IMG/VR virus record: IMGVR_UViG_3300046535_002009
Span: 46,061 to 110,060 of that record
Direction: 5' to 3' (one strand)
Length of the DNA stretch: 64,000 nt
Source of the DNA: a virus
A program made the translations under genes and the position numbers. The stretch's first letter is position 1, and each line of letters begins with the position of its first letter. Of the stretch, positions 52,361-62,600 are shown piece after piece. The notes under the pieces were generated by a model. That model was given only the letters and a program-made list of their open reading frames with translations, did not search any database and was not told the DNA's origin.

Positions 52361-53241
52361 TGCGCGTACTCCTCACCGGCTCCGGCGGGTTCATCGGCCG
52401 GCACCTGCACCGAGAGCTTGACCGGCGCGGGCACACCGTGACGACGTGCGACCTACGGGCCGCGCACCTCGGCGACGCCCTCGACCTGTTCCGCACGCAC
52501 CGCGTCCGATACGACCTCGCGATCCACTGCGCCGCCGTCGTCGGCGGCCGCGCGAGCATCGACGGCTCACCGCTCGGCGTCGGCACGAACCTCGCGCTCG
52601 ACGCGTGGTTCATGCGCTGGCTCGCCGCGACGAAGACCCGCCGGGCGGTCTACTACTCCAGCTCCGCCGCGTACCCGGTCGCGCTGCAGGGCGAGAACAG
52701 CGGCCACAGCCTGGCCGAGAGCGACATCGACCTCGCACTGCCGGGCCGGCCGGACCAGACGTACGGGCTGGCCAAGCTCACCGGCGAGCAGTTGGTCCCC
52801 TACGTCGAGGCCGAAGGCGGCCGCGTCCACGTGCTGCGCCCCATGTCCGGGTACGGCGCGGACCAGTCCCCCGTCTACCCGTTCCCGGCGTTCATCGGGC
52901 GGGCGCTGCGCAGGGACGACCCGTTCGAGATCTGGGGGTCCGGCCGGCAGGTGCGGGACTGGATCCACATCGACGATGTGGTCGGGGCGACGCTGGCCGC
53001 GGTCGAGCAGGACGTGCGCGGGCCGGTCAACCTGGGCACCGGCCGGCCGACGAGCTTCAACGAGCTGGCGGAGCTGGTGTGCCGGGAGGCCGGGTACCGG
53101 CCGGAGTTCAGGCACCGCCTGGACGCCCCCGACGGCGTCCAGTACCGGGTCGCCGACCCGAGCCGGCTGCTCGGCTTCTACACGCCGCAGGTGAGCCTGG
53201 AGGAAGGCGTGCGACGGGCGCTGGAGGCCGGCCGTGGCTGA
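52360..53241 (+). CDS. NAD-dependent nucleotide-sugar epimerase/dehydratase
   Basis: TGSGGFIG, SSSAAY, YGLAK, RDWIHIDD, NLGTG. Confidence 0.92.
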   Translation: MRVLLTGSGGFIGRHLHRELDRRGHTVTTCDLRAAHLGDALDLFRTHRVRYDLAIHCAAVVGGRASIDGSPLGVGTNLALDAWFMRWLAATKTRRAVYYSSSAAYPVALQGENSGHSLAESDIDLALPGRPDQTYGLAKLTGEQLVPYVEAEGGRVHVLRPMSGYGADQSPVYPFPAFIGRALRRDDPFEIWGSGRQVRDWIHIDDVVGATLAAVEQDVRGPVNLGTGRPTSFNELAELVCREAGYRPEFRHRLDAPDGVQYRVADPSRLLGFYTPQVSLEEGVRRALEAGRG

Positions 53242-53830
53242 CCCGGGAATCACCGTCGTCATCCCGACGCACACCGCGCGGGTCCGCAACGGCATGGCCA
53301 AGCGGGCCGTGGGCTCCGTACTCGGCCAGACGCTGCCTGCGGCCTCGCTCGTCGTCGAGCACGACCTCGCCAGGGCCGGTGCCGCGGCGACAAGGGACCG
53401 CGGGCTGAGGAAGGTCACCACCGAGTGGACCGCATTCCTCGACAGCGACGACCAGCTGCGGCCCGAGCACCTGGCCGAGCTCGCGGCCTGCGCCAACGAG
53501 AATGGCGCCGACTACTGCTACAGCTGGTACCTGCCCGTGGGGTTCGGGTCAGACCCGCTGCCGCACTTCGGGAAGGCCTTCGACCCGGCGCACCCGACGC
53601 AGACCACCATTACCGTGCTGGTGCGCACGGAGCTGGCGCAGGCGGTGGGTTTCCGGGAGCCGCTGCCCGGGGCGCTGATCGGCGGCGAGCGGTACGGCGA
53701 GGACTTCCAGTTCACCGTGGAGTGCGTCGCAGCCGGTGGCCGCATCGTGCACCTGCCGAAGCGCACGTGGCTGTGGAACTGCCACGGCGCCAACACGTCC
53801 GGCCAGCCCGGCCGCGGCGACGCAGCCTGA
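53234..53830 (+). CDS. GT2-family glycosyltransferase
   Basis: ITVVIPT, FLDSDD, GED. Confidence 0.85.
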   Translation: MADPGITVVIPTHTARVRNGMAKRAVGSVLGQTLPAASLVVEHDLARAGAAATRDRGLRKVTTEWTAFLDSDDQLRPEHLAELAACANENGADYCYSWYLPVGFGSDPLPHFGKAFDPAHPTQTTITVLVRTELAQAVGFREPLPGALIGGERYGEDFQFTVECVAAGGRIVHLPKRTWLWNCHGANTSGQPGRGDAA

Positions 53831-53844
53831 TCGAGGAGACGAGC

Positions 53845-54048
53845 ATGGCAACCGTGAGCAACGAGCGGGCGCTGGCGGAGTACCAGCGCCGCATCGGGAC
53901 CCTCTACAACGAGATCGTCATGCGGGACGTGGCGATCTCGGAGCTTGAGGAGCGATGCCAGGCAGCCGAGAGCGAGGCCGCCCAGCTTCGCTCCGGCCAG
54001 GCGGACAACTGCCCGCGGGACCTGGCGGAGGGGCCACAGGGCGGGTAG
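53845..54048 (+). CDS. Small coiled-coil protein
   Basis: GAGGAG RBS. Confidence 0.6.
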   Translation: MATVSNERALAEYQRRIGTLYNEIVMRDVAISELEERCQAAESEAAQLRSGQADNCPRDLAEGPQGG

Positions 54049-54051
54049 CTC

Positions 54052-55113
54052 CTACGCGATGCGGTGAAGTCGCATGTAGCTGTTCGCGTACATGATCGTC
54101 GCGGTGGCGTTGCTCGCCTGCTGGGCCCAGGTGTATTTGAAGGTGCCGGCCGTCCCCGAGGTGACGAGCAGGCCGGACAACCGGCCCGTCATCTTCTTGG
54201 CGTTGTTCGTCACGCCGCCGAGGATGAAGGCGAACGAGCCGATGGACTGTGCGTCGGTGATGACCGGGCTGCTGGTGCCCGTCTGCGTGCCATCCTGTCC
54301 AGCGATGTTCCAGTCGAATGTGGCGCCAGCCGGGCCGAGGAACCCGAGCTTCAGATCCACGGCTGGGTCCGCGCCGTAGATCAGGAGACCGTCTACGGCG
54401 TAGACGGCATTCGCAACGACGCTGAAGGTCAGGTGCGTGTCGTCGGTCTGCGCGGTGGAGTTCGCGATGGACTGGTTGGCTGTCTTGCGGGCGGTGAGCC
54501 ACTGACCGAGGCCGGCGACGCTGAGGTCTCCGCCGATGGTGGTGGAGCCGGTGACGGCAAGGGTGGATCCGACGACGAACGAGTCGTCGGTCTTCAACTG
54601 GTCGACGCCACCGCGGTAGAGGCCGGTGTCACGGGCACCGCTGCCGGAGCCCCAGTCGATGCGGCCGTCGGCGCGGATGGCGACGCGGGCGAAGGTGTCG
54701 CCTGTGACCCTCGCGCCGTAGGAGAGAGCGGTTGCGGCGGCGTGCTCGGTGGCGATCGCCAGGTTGGTGTTGCCGCCGACGAACGTGTTGACGACTCGGA
54801 TGGTGCTGGCGTCAGCGGCGCGGCTGCACCAGATCTGGCCGCCGTACGTGGCGGAGTTGTTCGGGTACTCGACCCAGCCGCCGGACGCCGGCGCGGTGCC
54901 GTTGTGGACGTATGAGCGGTAGGCGTTGTCGGACTCCAGGATGTGCTGGCCGCCGTACGGCGTGGAGGGCCTGGTGCTGGAGGTGACGATGCGGGAGCCC
55001 ATCGCCTGGTCGATGAGGTCGTAGTTGTTGAGCAGGTCCGTGACGACGTTGACCAGCTCGGAGCCGTCGGCGGCGCTCTTGTAGAGGCCGAGTCGGGTGG
55101 TGGTGGTGGACAT
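54052..55113 (-). CDS. Minor tail / tail fiber protein
   Basis: TTRLGLYK, TSSTRPSTPY, WGSGSGARDT.LYR, WAQ..S; beta-rich. Confidence 0.8.
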   Translation of the reverse strand: MSTTTTRLGLYKSAADGSELVNVVTDLLNNYDLIDQAMGSRIVTSSTRPSTPYGGQHILESDNAYRSYVHNGTAPASGGWVEYPNNSATYGGQIWCSRAADASTIRVVNTFVGGNTNLAIATEHAAATALSYGARVTGDTFARVAIRADGRIDWGSGSGARDTGLYRGGVDQLKTDDSFVVGSTLAVTGSTTIGGDLSVAGLGQWLTARKTANQSIANSTAQTDDTHLTFSVVANAVYAVDGLLIYGADPAVDLKLGFLGPAGATFDWNIAGQDGTQTGTSSPVITDAQSIGSFAFILGGVTNNAKKMTGRLSGLLVTSGTAGTFKYTWAQQASNATATIMYANSYMRLHRIA

Positions 55114-55598
55114 CAGCTGGCCTCGTTCGACTCTCGGTGGCGGCGGGCTGCGGAACCATCAAGGGGCGGCTGGCGGTGCCGCCGTGCACCGCCGTTGACG
55201 ATGGCGTGGATCTCCCGGATCCGGTCCGGGTGAGTGGTGTGGCGGCGGATGATGTCCAGCGGGTCAGCTGTCCTGGCATTCTGCGGGTGCTGGTGGATGA
55301 CCACCCGGGACTTCGCATCGGTGACGCGAGCCAGATGGACGGCTCGGGCCTGGCTTCGTGTCTCGGTTGTCGGGTTGGCGGCTGTCGTGATGAAGGGCTC
55401 GTGGAGCACGACGTCGAGGATGGTGTCGACGTCCTCGGGGTCGAGGCCGAGTTCGGCTGCGCGCCAGACGATGGTGTCGGCGGGGAAGGCGTAGCCGTGG
55501 AGGAGCCCGTCGTCGCGGCGCAGGTGTACCCGGAAGTACGACGCGCCGCCGCTCTGGATTTCGTGGACTTCCTCGATCGTGAATGACTGGGGGGACAT
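55113..55598 (-). CDS. Tail-module hypothetical protein
   Basis: WRAAELGLDP..LDVVLHEP; AAGGAG RBS. Confidence 0.7.
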   Translation of the reverse strand: MSPQSFTIEEVHEIQSGGASYFRVHLRRDDGLLHGYAFPADTIVWRAAELGLDPEDVDTILDVVLHEPFITTAANPTTETRSQARAVHLARVTDAKSRVVIHQHPQNARTADPLDIIRRHTTHPDRIREIHAIVNGGARRHRQPPLDGSAARRHRESNEAS

Positions 55599-55610
55599 CG
55601 GGGCTACTCC

Positions 55611-58406
55611 TTAGACGCGGAAGACCCAGAAGGCGGCGGAGCTTCCAGCGGACGTTGCGCTGCTGAAGCTGAGGGTGAAGCCGGTGCTGTTGGTCCCGGT
55701 GACCTGGCAGGTCTTGAGGGTGCCGGTGTCGGTGAGCGTGGCGACGGGCGCCATGGTGGAGGCCATGGTCGGGCCGTAGCCGAAGCTGAAGTTGGCGAAT
55801 CCGCTGACGTCCTGGAAGCCCGTGAAGATGGCGTCTCGTGAGTCTGCGGTGACGTAGTTGTTCCACTTGCCGCGCATGGTCAGGCGCTCGTTGGAGGCGA
55901 CCGAGATGAACGGGTTGATCACGCCGTCGGTGCAACCGATCGAGGAGACAGAGTTGTTCAGGTTGACGTAGCCGCCGAGAGTCGTCTGGTCGGAGGCCTT
56001 GATCTGTGCCAGCTGGATGTTGTTGTCGGTCATGTATAGCCGCTGGAACATGCTGTTCCCGCCGGCTGTGAAGGAGCCTGAGTTCAGGCCGAGGGCGAGG
56101 TCGGTGCCGCTGAAGCTGAGGCCGTTGAGGTAGCCGTAGTTGGTGCCGCTGCTCGCGTAGAAGCGGATCTCGGGCAGCAGGGTGGCGGTCGGGTTGATCT
56201 CGATGCGGCGGCCGGCAGTGCCGGACCTCAGCTGTCCGATGATGCTGACCGATCCGTCGGCCGCGGCGATGTCCACGGTCTGGGTGCCGGAGGCGTCGTA
56301 GGTCTGCAGGCCCGCTGAGTTGAGCTCGACACGGGCGCCGGTGTCGGCCGTTTTGATGCGGGCGCCGACGACCCAGTCCGCGTTGATGGTGCCGGCGGTG
56401 ACCTTGGAGACGGTCAGGTCGGAGATGTGGGCGTCGTCGATGAGCTGAGCGGTGGCGGAGGCGGCGTCGCTGGGCGCGGACTTGTTGCCAGCGATGTCCA
56501 CCGCGACCACGCGGACGTAGCGGGCTGTGGTCTCCTCGACCTGCACGGTGGCGACGACGGGGATCTTCGCCTGGATCATGCCGGCAGTCGCGGACACCTT
56601 GCCCTTCAGCGTGCTGGTCGACGGCGTGAAGTAGGGCTCGTACTCGACGTGGATCTCCAGGTGGTGGAGGTCCGATTCGAGGTTGAAGGTGCCGCCGGTG
56701 GCCTTGCCCAGGGTGTGGGTGATCTGCAGGGCAATCCGACTGCCGGCGACGGCCGGCGGCGCGGGGGTGCTCGGCGGGATGTTGTCGGCGGTAGCCACGA
56801 ACGTGGTGGTCGCGGACCAGGGCCCGGCGTTGCCGGCCTTGTCGACGGCCCGGATCTGGACGTCGTAGCCGATGCCCGGGGAGAGGTCCTGGAGCTGGAC
56901 GGTGGTGCTGCCCCAGCCTACGTAGACGGTGAGCCACTGCCCGGTGGGGGCGGCGAAGGGCTGCCGCCACTGCTGGAGGTCCATCCACCGGACCTGGGAG
57001 AGCTGCGCCCAGGTCGCCGGGTAGATGAGGTCGGTGTCAACGGCGTAGCGGATCTCGTAGTGGTCGCCGTCGAGGATGCTGGAGCCGTCGGAGTTGTTGG
57101 GGGCGGTCCAGTTGACGATGACGCGGCTGCGGGTGAAGCCCTTGCCGTCGAGGTACGCGCTGCCGGTGAAGGGGGTGACGAGGGTGGGAGTGCCCGGGAT
57201 GGTTGAGTCGGAGGTGGGGCGGGAGCCGATCGGCTCGGCCCCGGAGTTGGCGAACTGCCGGTCGAAGGCTCCGACGGTGACGCTGGTGGTGCCGGTGTCC
57301 TCGAACTTGACGTAGTCGGTGACGTCCGTCCAGGTGCCGTTTCCGGCCCGGTAGGCGATGGTGTAGCCGGTGGTGATGGGCCAGGTGGTCTCGGTGACCT
57401 GGAGGGACATCGGGTTGATGCGCTGTCCGCGGAAGGTGACCTCGCGGACCGGGTCGTAGATGCCCTTGTCGGGGTCGTAGGCGTACACGTAGTCGCCCGG
57501 GCTGAAGGAGCCGTCGATGTCGTAGTCGGCGGTGGTCATGGTGAGCGCGGTGTGCGGGGTGATGTAGTCGGCGAGGGCGACGGCGGCGCGGATGTTCGCG
57601 TTGATCTGGGAGGTCCCGGACTCGGAGACCATGCGGGTCACGGCGAGCTGGTTGCCGTGGATGTCTTTGTAGGGGTTCTGGCCGGGGCCGAGGTTCGCCG
57701 AACCGGTGGCGGCCGAGATGCCGTTGCCCTCGGCGATGAGGACGACCCGGGTGCTGAAGTCCTCGACGTCGCGCGTCAGGTTGATCTGGCCGGGCAGGGC
57801 GATCAAGCTCATGTCCTGGCCGGCGCCGCGCTTGACAATGGCGCAGACGGGGTTGACGACGAAGAGGTTGCCGACGGGCCCGGCGTCGAGGGTGCCGTTG
57901 CCGTTGACTCTCCACGACGTTGGCGTGGTGGTGGAGAAGGTGTCGCAGACGTAGCCGATCGCCTTGCGGGGGGTCTGCCACTGGTGCTTGCCGGTGTAGG
58001 TGCCAGCGACCGGGTAGAGCGTGCCGACGGTGACAGCGCCGGACGCGGGCAGCAGGCCGGTGATCGCGGTGGCGAAGGACGCGGTGGCGAAGGTGGTGGC
58101 GTTCTCGATCACCGCGCCCTTGTCGTCCTCGTCGCCAAGCCAGAACGCCATGCCTGCGCCGCCGACGGTGACCTTGTCGCCCGGGGCCTTGGTGCGGCCG
58201 TCGTCGGCCCGCGCGGTGCTGCGGACGACGCCGACGTAGCGTGCGGCGGTGAGGAGGTTGTCGCCCGCGGTGCGGACGTCGACCCGGCCGGGGACGATCG
58301 CGACGTGGCCGAACTCGACGAGGGCGTCGAGGATGTCCTTCGGGCAGGTCGGGAGGAGTTCCACCTGCCAGGAGCCGAGCGCGGTGAGGACCTCGGTGAC
58401 GGACAT
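55611..58406 (-). CDS. Minor tail protein (tail tip/central fiber) with fibronectin III domains
   Basis: LSPGIGYDVQIRAVDKAGN FN3; ISDLTVSKVTAGTI; Thr/Gly-rich. Confidence 0.85.
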   Translation of the reverse strand: MSVTEVLTALGSWQVELLPTCPKDILDALVEFGHVAIVPGRVDVRTAGDNLLTAARYVGVVRSTARADDGRTKAPGDKVTVGGAGMAFWLGDEDDKGAVIENATTFATASFATAITGLLPASGAVTVGTLYPVAGTYTGKHQWQTPRKAIGYVCDTFSTTTPTSWRVNGNGTLDAGPVGNLFVVNPVCAIVKRGAGQDMSLIALPGQINLTRDVEDFSTRVVLIAEGNGISAATGSANLGPGQNPYKDIHGNQLAVTRMVSESGTSQINANIRAAVALADYITPHTALTMTTADYDIDGSFSPGDYVYAYDPDKGIYDPVREVTFRGQRINPMSLQVTETTWPITTGYTIAYRAGNGTWTDVTDYVKFEDTGTTSVTVGAFDRQFANSGAEPIGSRPTSDSTIPGTPTLVTPFTGSAYLDGKGFTRSRVIVNWTAPNNSDGSSILDGDHYEIRYAVDTDLIYPATWAQLSQVRWMDLQQWRQPFAAPTGQWLTVYVGWGSTTVQLQDLSPGIGYDVQIRAVDKAGNAGPWSATTTFVATADNIPPSTPAPPAVAGSRIALQITHTLGKATGGTFNLESDLHHLEIHVEYEPYFTPSTSTLKGKVSATAGMIQAKIPVVATVQVEETTARYVRVVAVDIAGNKSAPSDAASATAQLIDDAHISDLTVSKVTAGTINADWVVGARIKTADTGARVELNSAGLQTYDASGTQTVDIAAADGSVSIIGQLRSGTAGRRIEINPTATLLPEIRFYASSGTNYGYLNGLSFSGTDLALGLNSGSFTAGGNSMFQRLYMTDNNIQLAQIKASDQTTLGGYVNLNNSVSSIGCTDGVINPFISVASNERLTMRGKWNNYVTADSRDAIFTGFQDVSGFANFSFGYGPTMASTMAPVATLTDTGTLKTCQVTGTNSTGFTLSFSSATSAGSSAAFWVFRV

Positions 58407-59626
58407 CAGCGGCCCACCACATAGGTCAACTCGGGTAGAGCGCCGATGTACTGGTTGCGTAGGTCGACAGCGGTGTCGCCGGAGACCGCGGAGCCGCCGC
58501 CGGCGACGACACCGAGCCAGAAGTCGAGGGTGGCGGTGGTCGCCTTGGATACGCCGCCGTTGGCGTGGGCGGTGAAGGACTGGGCGGACCCGGCCGCGAA
58601 CCGGTTGCCGTCCGAGTCGTTGCCGGTGGCGACGACATACCCGGACGCGGCCGCCGAGGTGTTGGTCTCGCTGGTGCGCAGGTATACGGCGAGGGCGGAG
58701 GCGGCGCCGGACTGCAGGTAGCCCTCGACGACGCGGGAGCCGCGACGCAGGGTGAGGTCGAGGGTGGCGCGGCCGGGGTTGCGTGGTGCGGTGAGGCGCA
58801 GGACGCACTGCTCGGGGTCGTTGCGGAGGATGGTGGCGGAGTCCCAGGCGGCGACGCCCGAGCCTGCGACGGTGACGTTCCAGAGCTTGGAGTGCCAGGC
58901 GCCGCCGGTGTAGGCCTGGACGTCGATGACGCCGCCGGTGGCGGTCGGGGCGATGTTGACGAGGCCGTTGCCGAGGGTCCAGCCGGTCGCGGGCAGGGGC
59001 TGGTCGACGCCGTCGACCTCGAAGCCGGTGCCGGTGGCGGCGAGGGTGTCGTTGATGCGGACGCGGCCGGCGAGGTAGCTCGCCGGGTCGCAGCCCCAGC
59101 GGGGCGATGTGCCGGTGGGGACGTTGCGGTAGACGGTCATGGTGCCGTCGGCGGTGGCCCGGGTCATCAGGCTCGGGTTGGTGGCGCCGGTGTAGTACGT
59201 CGTGTGGCCGATCGGCGGGGCGTGCCAGGTCTCGCCGGGCAGGGAGAAGAAGTTGGACCGGACGATCCCGGTGAGCCTGCTCTGGAGGTCGATCTCGCCG
59301 ACGGCGCCGAGGCGGAGCAGGGAGACCTTCCAGGTGGACGTGACGAGGTCGCCGACGTACTCGCGCAGTGCGGCGGAACTGCCCCTCACGGCGTAGTAGC
59401 CGTTCCGCTCCGGCTTGTCGGTCCAGGTCACGGCGATCGGGGTGCCCTGCTCGATGGCGCGGATGTTGTCGTGTCGGGCGACGAGGACCGATCGGGTCAG
59501 GGGCGGTGTGGATTCCTGGCCGTCGAGGTCGAGGGTGTAGCCGTCGCTGCCGCTGCCTTCGGTGACGGTGAAGGTCTCGCGGAGGGCGGTCCGGCCGAGC
59601 TGGACGGTTCCCCAGGTGCCGGCCAT
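58406..59626 (-). CDS. Minor tail protein (distal tail-like)
   Basis: Directly follows the tape measure gene. Confidence 0.8.
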   Translation of the reverse strand: MAGTWGTVQLGRTALRETFTVTEGSGSDGYTLDLDGQESTPPLTRSVLVARHDNIRAIEQGTPIAVTWTDKPERNGYYAVRGSSAALREYVGDLVTSTWKVSLLRLGAVGEIDLQSRLTGIVRSNFFSLPGETWHAPPIGHTTYYTGATNPSLMTRATADGTMTVYRNVPTGTSPRWGCDPASYLAGRVRINDTLAATGTGFEVDGVDQPLPATGWTLGNGLVNIAPTATGGVIDVQAYTGGAWHSKLWNVTVAGSGVAAWDSATILRNDPEQCVLRLTAPRNPGRATLDLTLRRGSRVVEGYLQSGAASALAVYLRTSETNTSAAASGYVVATGNDSDGNRFAAGSAQSFTAHANGGVSKATTATLDFWLGVVAGGGSAVSGDTAVDLRNQYIGALPELTYVVGR

Positions 59627-62600
59627 CAGCGGGCCCTCCCTCGGTCATAGGCGCGCAGCGCCTCTTTGATCTCGCCGACCATGGCGTTGGCGGCGGCGGT
59701 CCGGTCTGCGGCTGAGGAGAGGTCCCAGGTGCCGGAGATGGTGAGGTTCTGGATGGTGACGGTGGATCCGGCCGCGACCGGGGTGGGGGCGGGCCCGAGG
59801 GCCTGGGCGCCGCCGGTCGTGGGTGCGCCGACGACGGCCCCGGGTGCGGTAAGGGACGGGGTGCCGAAGCCGATGGGCGTGGTGCCGATCTCGCCGGTGA
59901 TGCCCTGCAGTTGGGCCCGGAGGTCGGGTACGCGGGAGGCGATGCCGCCCATGAGGCCTTCGATGAGGAGCTGGCCGGCGGGGCCGAGGATGACGGCGTC
60001 CTTCTCGGCGGGGCCCTTCCAGTCGGGCAGCATGTTGGTGATGTTGGACAGGGCGCGGCGGAGGTCGCTGAGCTTGGACCAGATGCCGTCGATGAGGCCG
60101 GAGATGAGGCGGGAGCCGGCGTTCCACAGGGTGCGGCCGAGGTCGCCGAGAGCGCCGACGATCTTGGCGGGGAGGGTCACGAACTGGTCGATCAGCAAGT
60201 TGATCATTCCCTTGACGACCTGCTTTGCCGAGTCGAACGCGCCGCTGAAGTCCCCGTGGAGGAGCTGGGTGACCATGCGCAGCGCGGGCACCACGATCTG
60301 CTCGACGGTCTTCGCGAGCTCGCCGGCGAAGATGCTGGCGAGCTGGCCGACGAGCTTGATGACCGGCGTCAGGATCGACAGCAGCGGCGGCAGGACCTGA
60401 GCGAGGAGGTTGCCGAGCTGCACGATGACCGGCGCCAGGGCGACCATGATCTGCATGAAGGCGCCACTGAGCTGCTGCAGGGCGGGCTGGAGCGCGGCCA
60501 GGAGCTGGCTAAGGACGGGCAGCAGGGCTGTGTTCCAGGTCAGCCAGAGGTCCATCAGCGGCTGCATGATCACCGGCAGCTGGGCGAGGATCGGCGACAG
60601 GACGCTGGCGATCACCTGACCGAGCTGGGCGACGACGGGCGCGGCCGCCTGGAAGGCGCCGGCCAGGGCCTGGAAGATCGGGCTGATCGCGGGGCCGAGC
60701 TGGGCGATCAGGGTGCCGACGACGGGCAGGAGCGGCGAGACCGCGTTGAGCAGTGAGCCGACCGCCTTCGCCGCGGCGAGGAGGACGGGGCCGAGCGCGG
60801 CGATGATCGGCTGCAGGGCCGCGCCGAGGTTGCTGATGAGCATCTGGACCGGCGGGGCCAAGGCGCTGATGACGGGGCCGAGTTCCTTCAGGGCCATACC
60901 GACCAGCGGGGCGACGGTCGTGGCGAGCTTCTGGAAGGTGGCGAAGAGCGCGGTGAGAGCGCCCTGGACCTCGGGGCTGGCGGTGACCTTGCGCAGCTCG
61001 GCGAAGACCGAGCCGAGCATGCCGAGGGCGTCGCCGCCGGCGGCGCCCGCGGCCTTGAGGACGTTGCCGACGGTGCCGAGGATGTCGCCCAGGAGCTTGC
61101 CGAACTGGCCGACGACGTTGAGCGCGGCGTTGATGGTGTTGGTGAGGCCGCCGCTGGCGAAGGAGTCGCCGAGCTTCTTCCCGAAGGACCCGACCACGTC
61201 CGCGATCAGCTGGGTGACGCGGCCGAAGGCGGGGCCGGCGGCGGCGGTGAGCTGGCCGAACATGGTGATGATCTGCGAGGGGACCTTCTCCAGCGGGGCG
61301 AGTCCGGCCGTGATGCCAGAGAACGCCTGGCGCAGGGTGCCGGTCTTGGAGAGGTTGCCGATCGCGTCGAGGGCGTTCACGGCGACGCGGTTGAGGACCT
61401 CGGCGGTGCCCACGAGTCCGGTGCGCAGGTCGGGGAGGACCTGGTGCGCGACACCGGTCAGCCGGTCGCCCAGGCCCTTGAACAGGGTCTGCTGGACGTC
61501 GAGCTTGAGGGCGTCCCAGGCGGGCTTGAGTGCGATGACGGCGTTGACGAACTCGCGGGCGGCCGGGGCGAGCTTGGCAATCGCGGACGCTGCTCCGCCT
61601 GCCGCGCCGCCGGTCGACTTCATGGCGTCGGCGACGGCCTGCTGCGCCTGCGCGACGCGGATCGCGCCGTCCTCGGCGGCCTCGGCCTGCGAGATGCGGG
61701 CCTCAGAGAGCGCCTGCTCCTTGTCGAGGACGCCTTGCTGTGCGTCGGCGACGCCCTGGACGGCCTGCTGGACCTTCTCGTTGCCGTCGACGCCGGCCTT
61801 GGCGGCGGCGTCGGCCTCGTCCTTGAGGCGCTGCTGCGCGATCTCCTGCTCTTTGAGGTGCTGGACGGCCTGGTCGTAGGCCAGCTGCGCCTGCTGCTTC
61901 TGCAGGTCCGTGGCAGTCGGGTCGGCGAGGGTCTTGTCGAGGTCGGCCTTGGCCTGGTCGACGTCGAGGATCGCCTGGCGGTGGTCGAGTTCGCCGTCGA
62001 CGAGCTGCTGCTGGTAGTCCTCCAGCTGCTGCTGGGCCTCCTTGCGCGCCTTGATGAGGTCGAGCTGGGCCTGCTTCTCGGTGCGCTGGGCGTCGGTGAG
62101 GTCGCGCTCGGCCGCGGCGACGGCCTGGACGGCGTGCCGGTTGGAGTCGGCGGTGTCACGGATCGCGATCTTCAGTGCGGTCTGGGCGTCGGCGAGGGCG
62201 TGGGTGGCTGCGCCCGCGGCGGAGGCGCCACCGGTGGCTGGGGCGAACGCCTGCTTGAAGGCGCCGCCGATTCCGCCGAGGCCGAGCTTCAGCGCGCCGA
62301 AGACCGCGACGAGGGAGCCGAGGGCGGGCGCGGCGATCGCGGCCGCCGGGGCCATGGCGATGATCGCCTGCCCGAGGGAGACGAGCGTGGGGACTGCCGA
62401 GAGGCCGGCGGAGACGAGGGCGGTCATGCGGCCGCCGAGGAGGCTGATTCCGCCGGAGGCGCTGGAGGCGCTGCTGCCGACGCGGCCGATCGATCCGGCC
62501 ACGCCGCCGAGGCCGGGCGCGTCGACGTCGATGCGTACGCGCCGGTTGCGCGCGAGGGCGTCGAGCCTGGCCCGGGTGCCGCCGTCGACGAGATTTGTGC

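Noticed and set aside
55611-59648. 1345-aa tail protein as listed in the ORF track
   Set aside because: The first ~410 codons overlap the 58406-59626 gene out of frame; the true start is 58406.
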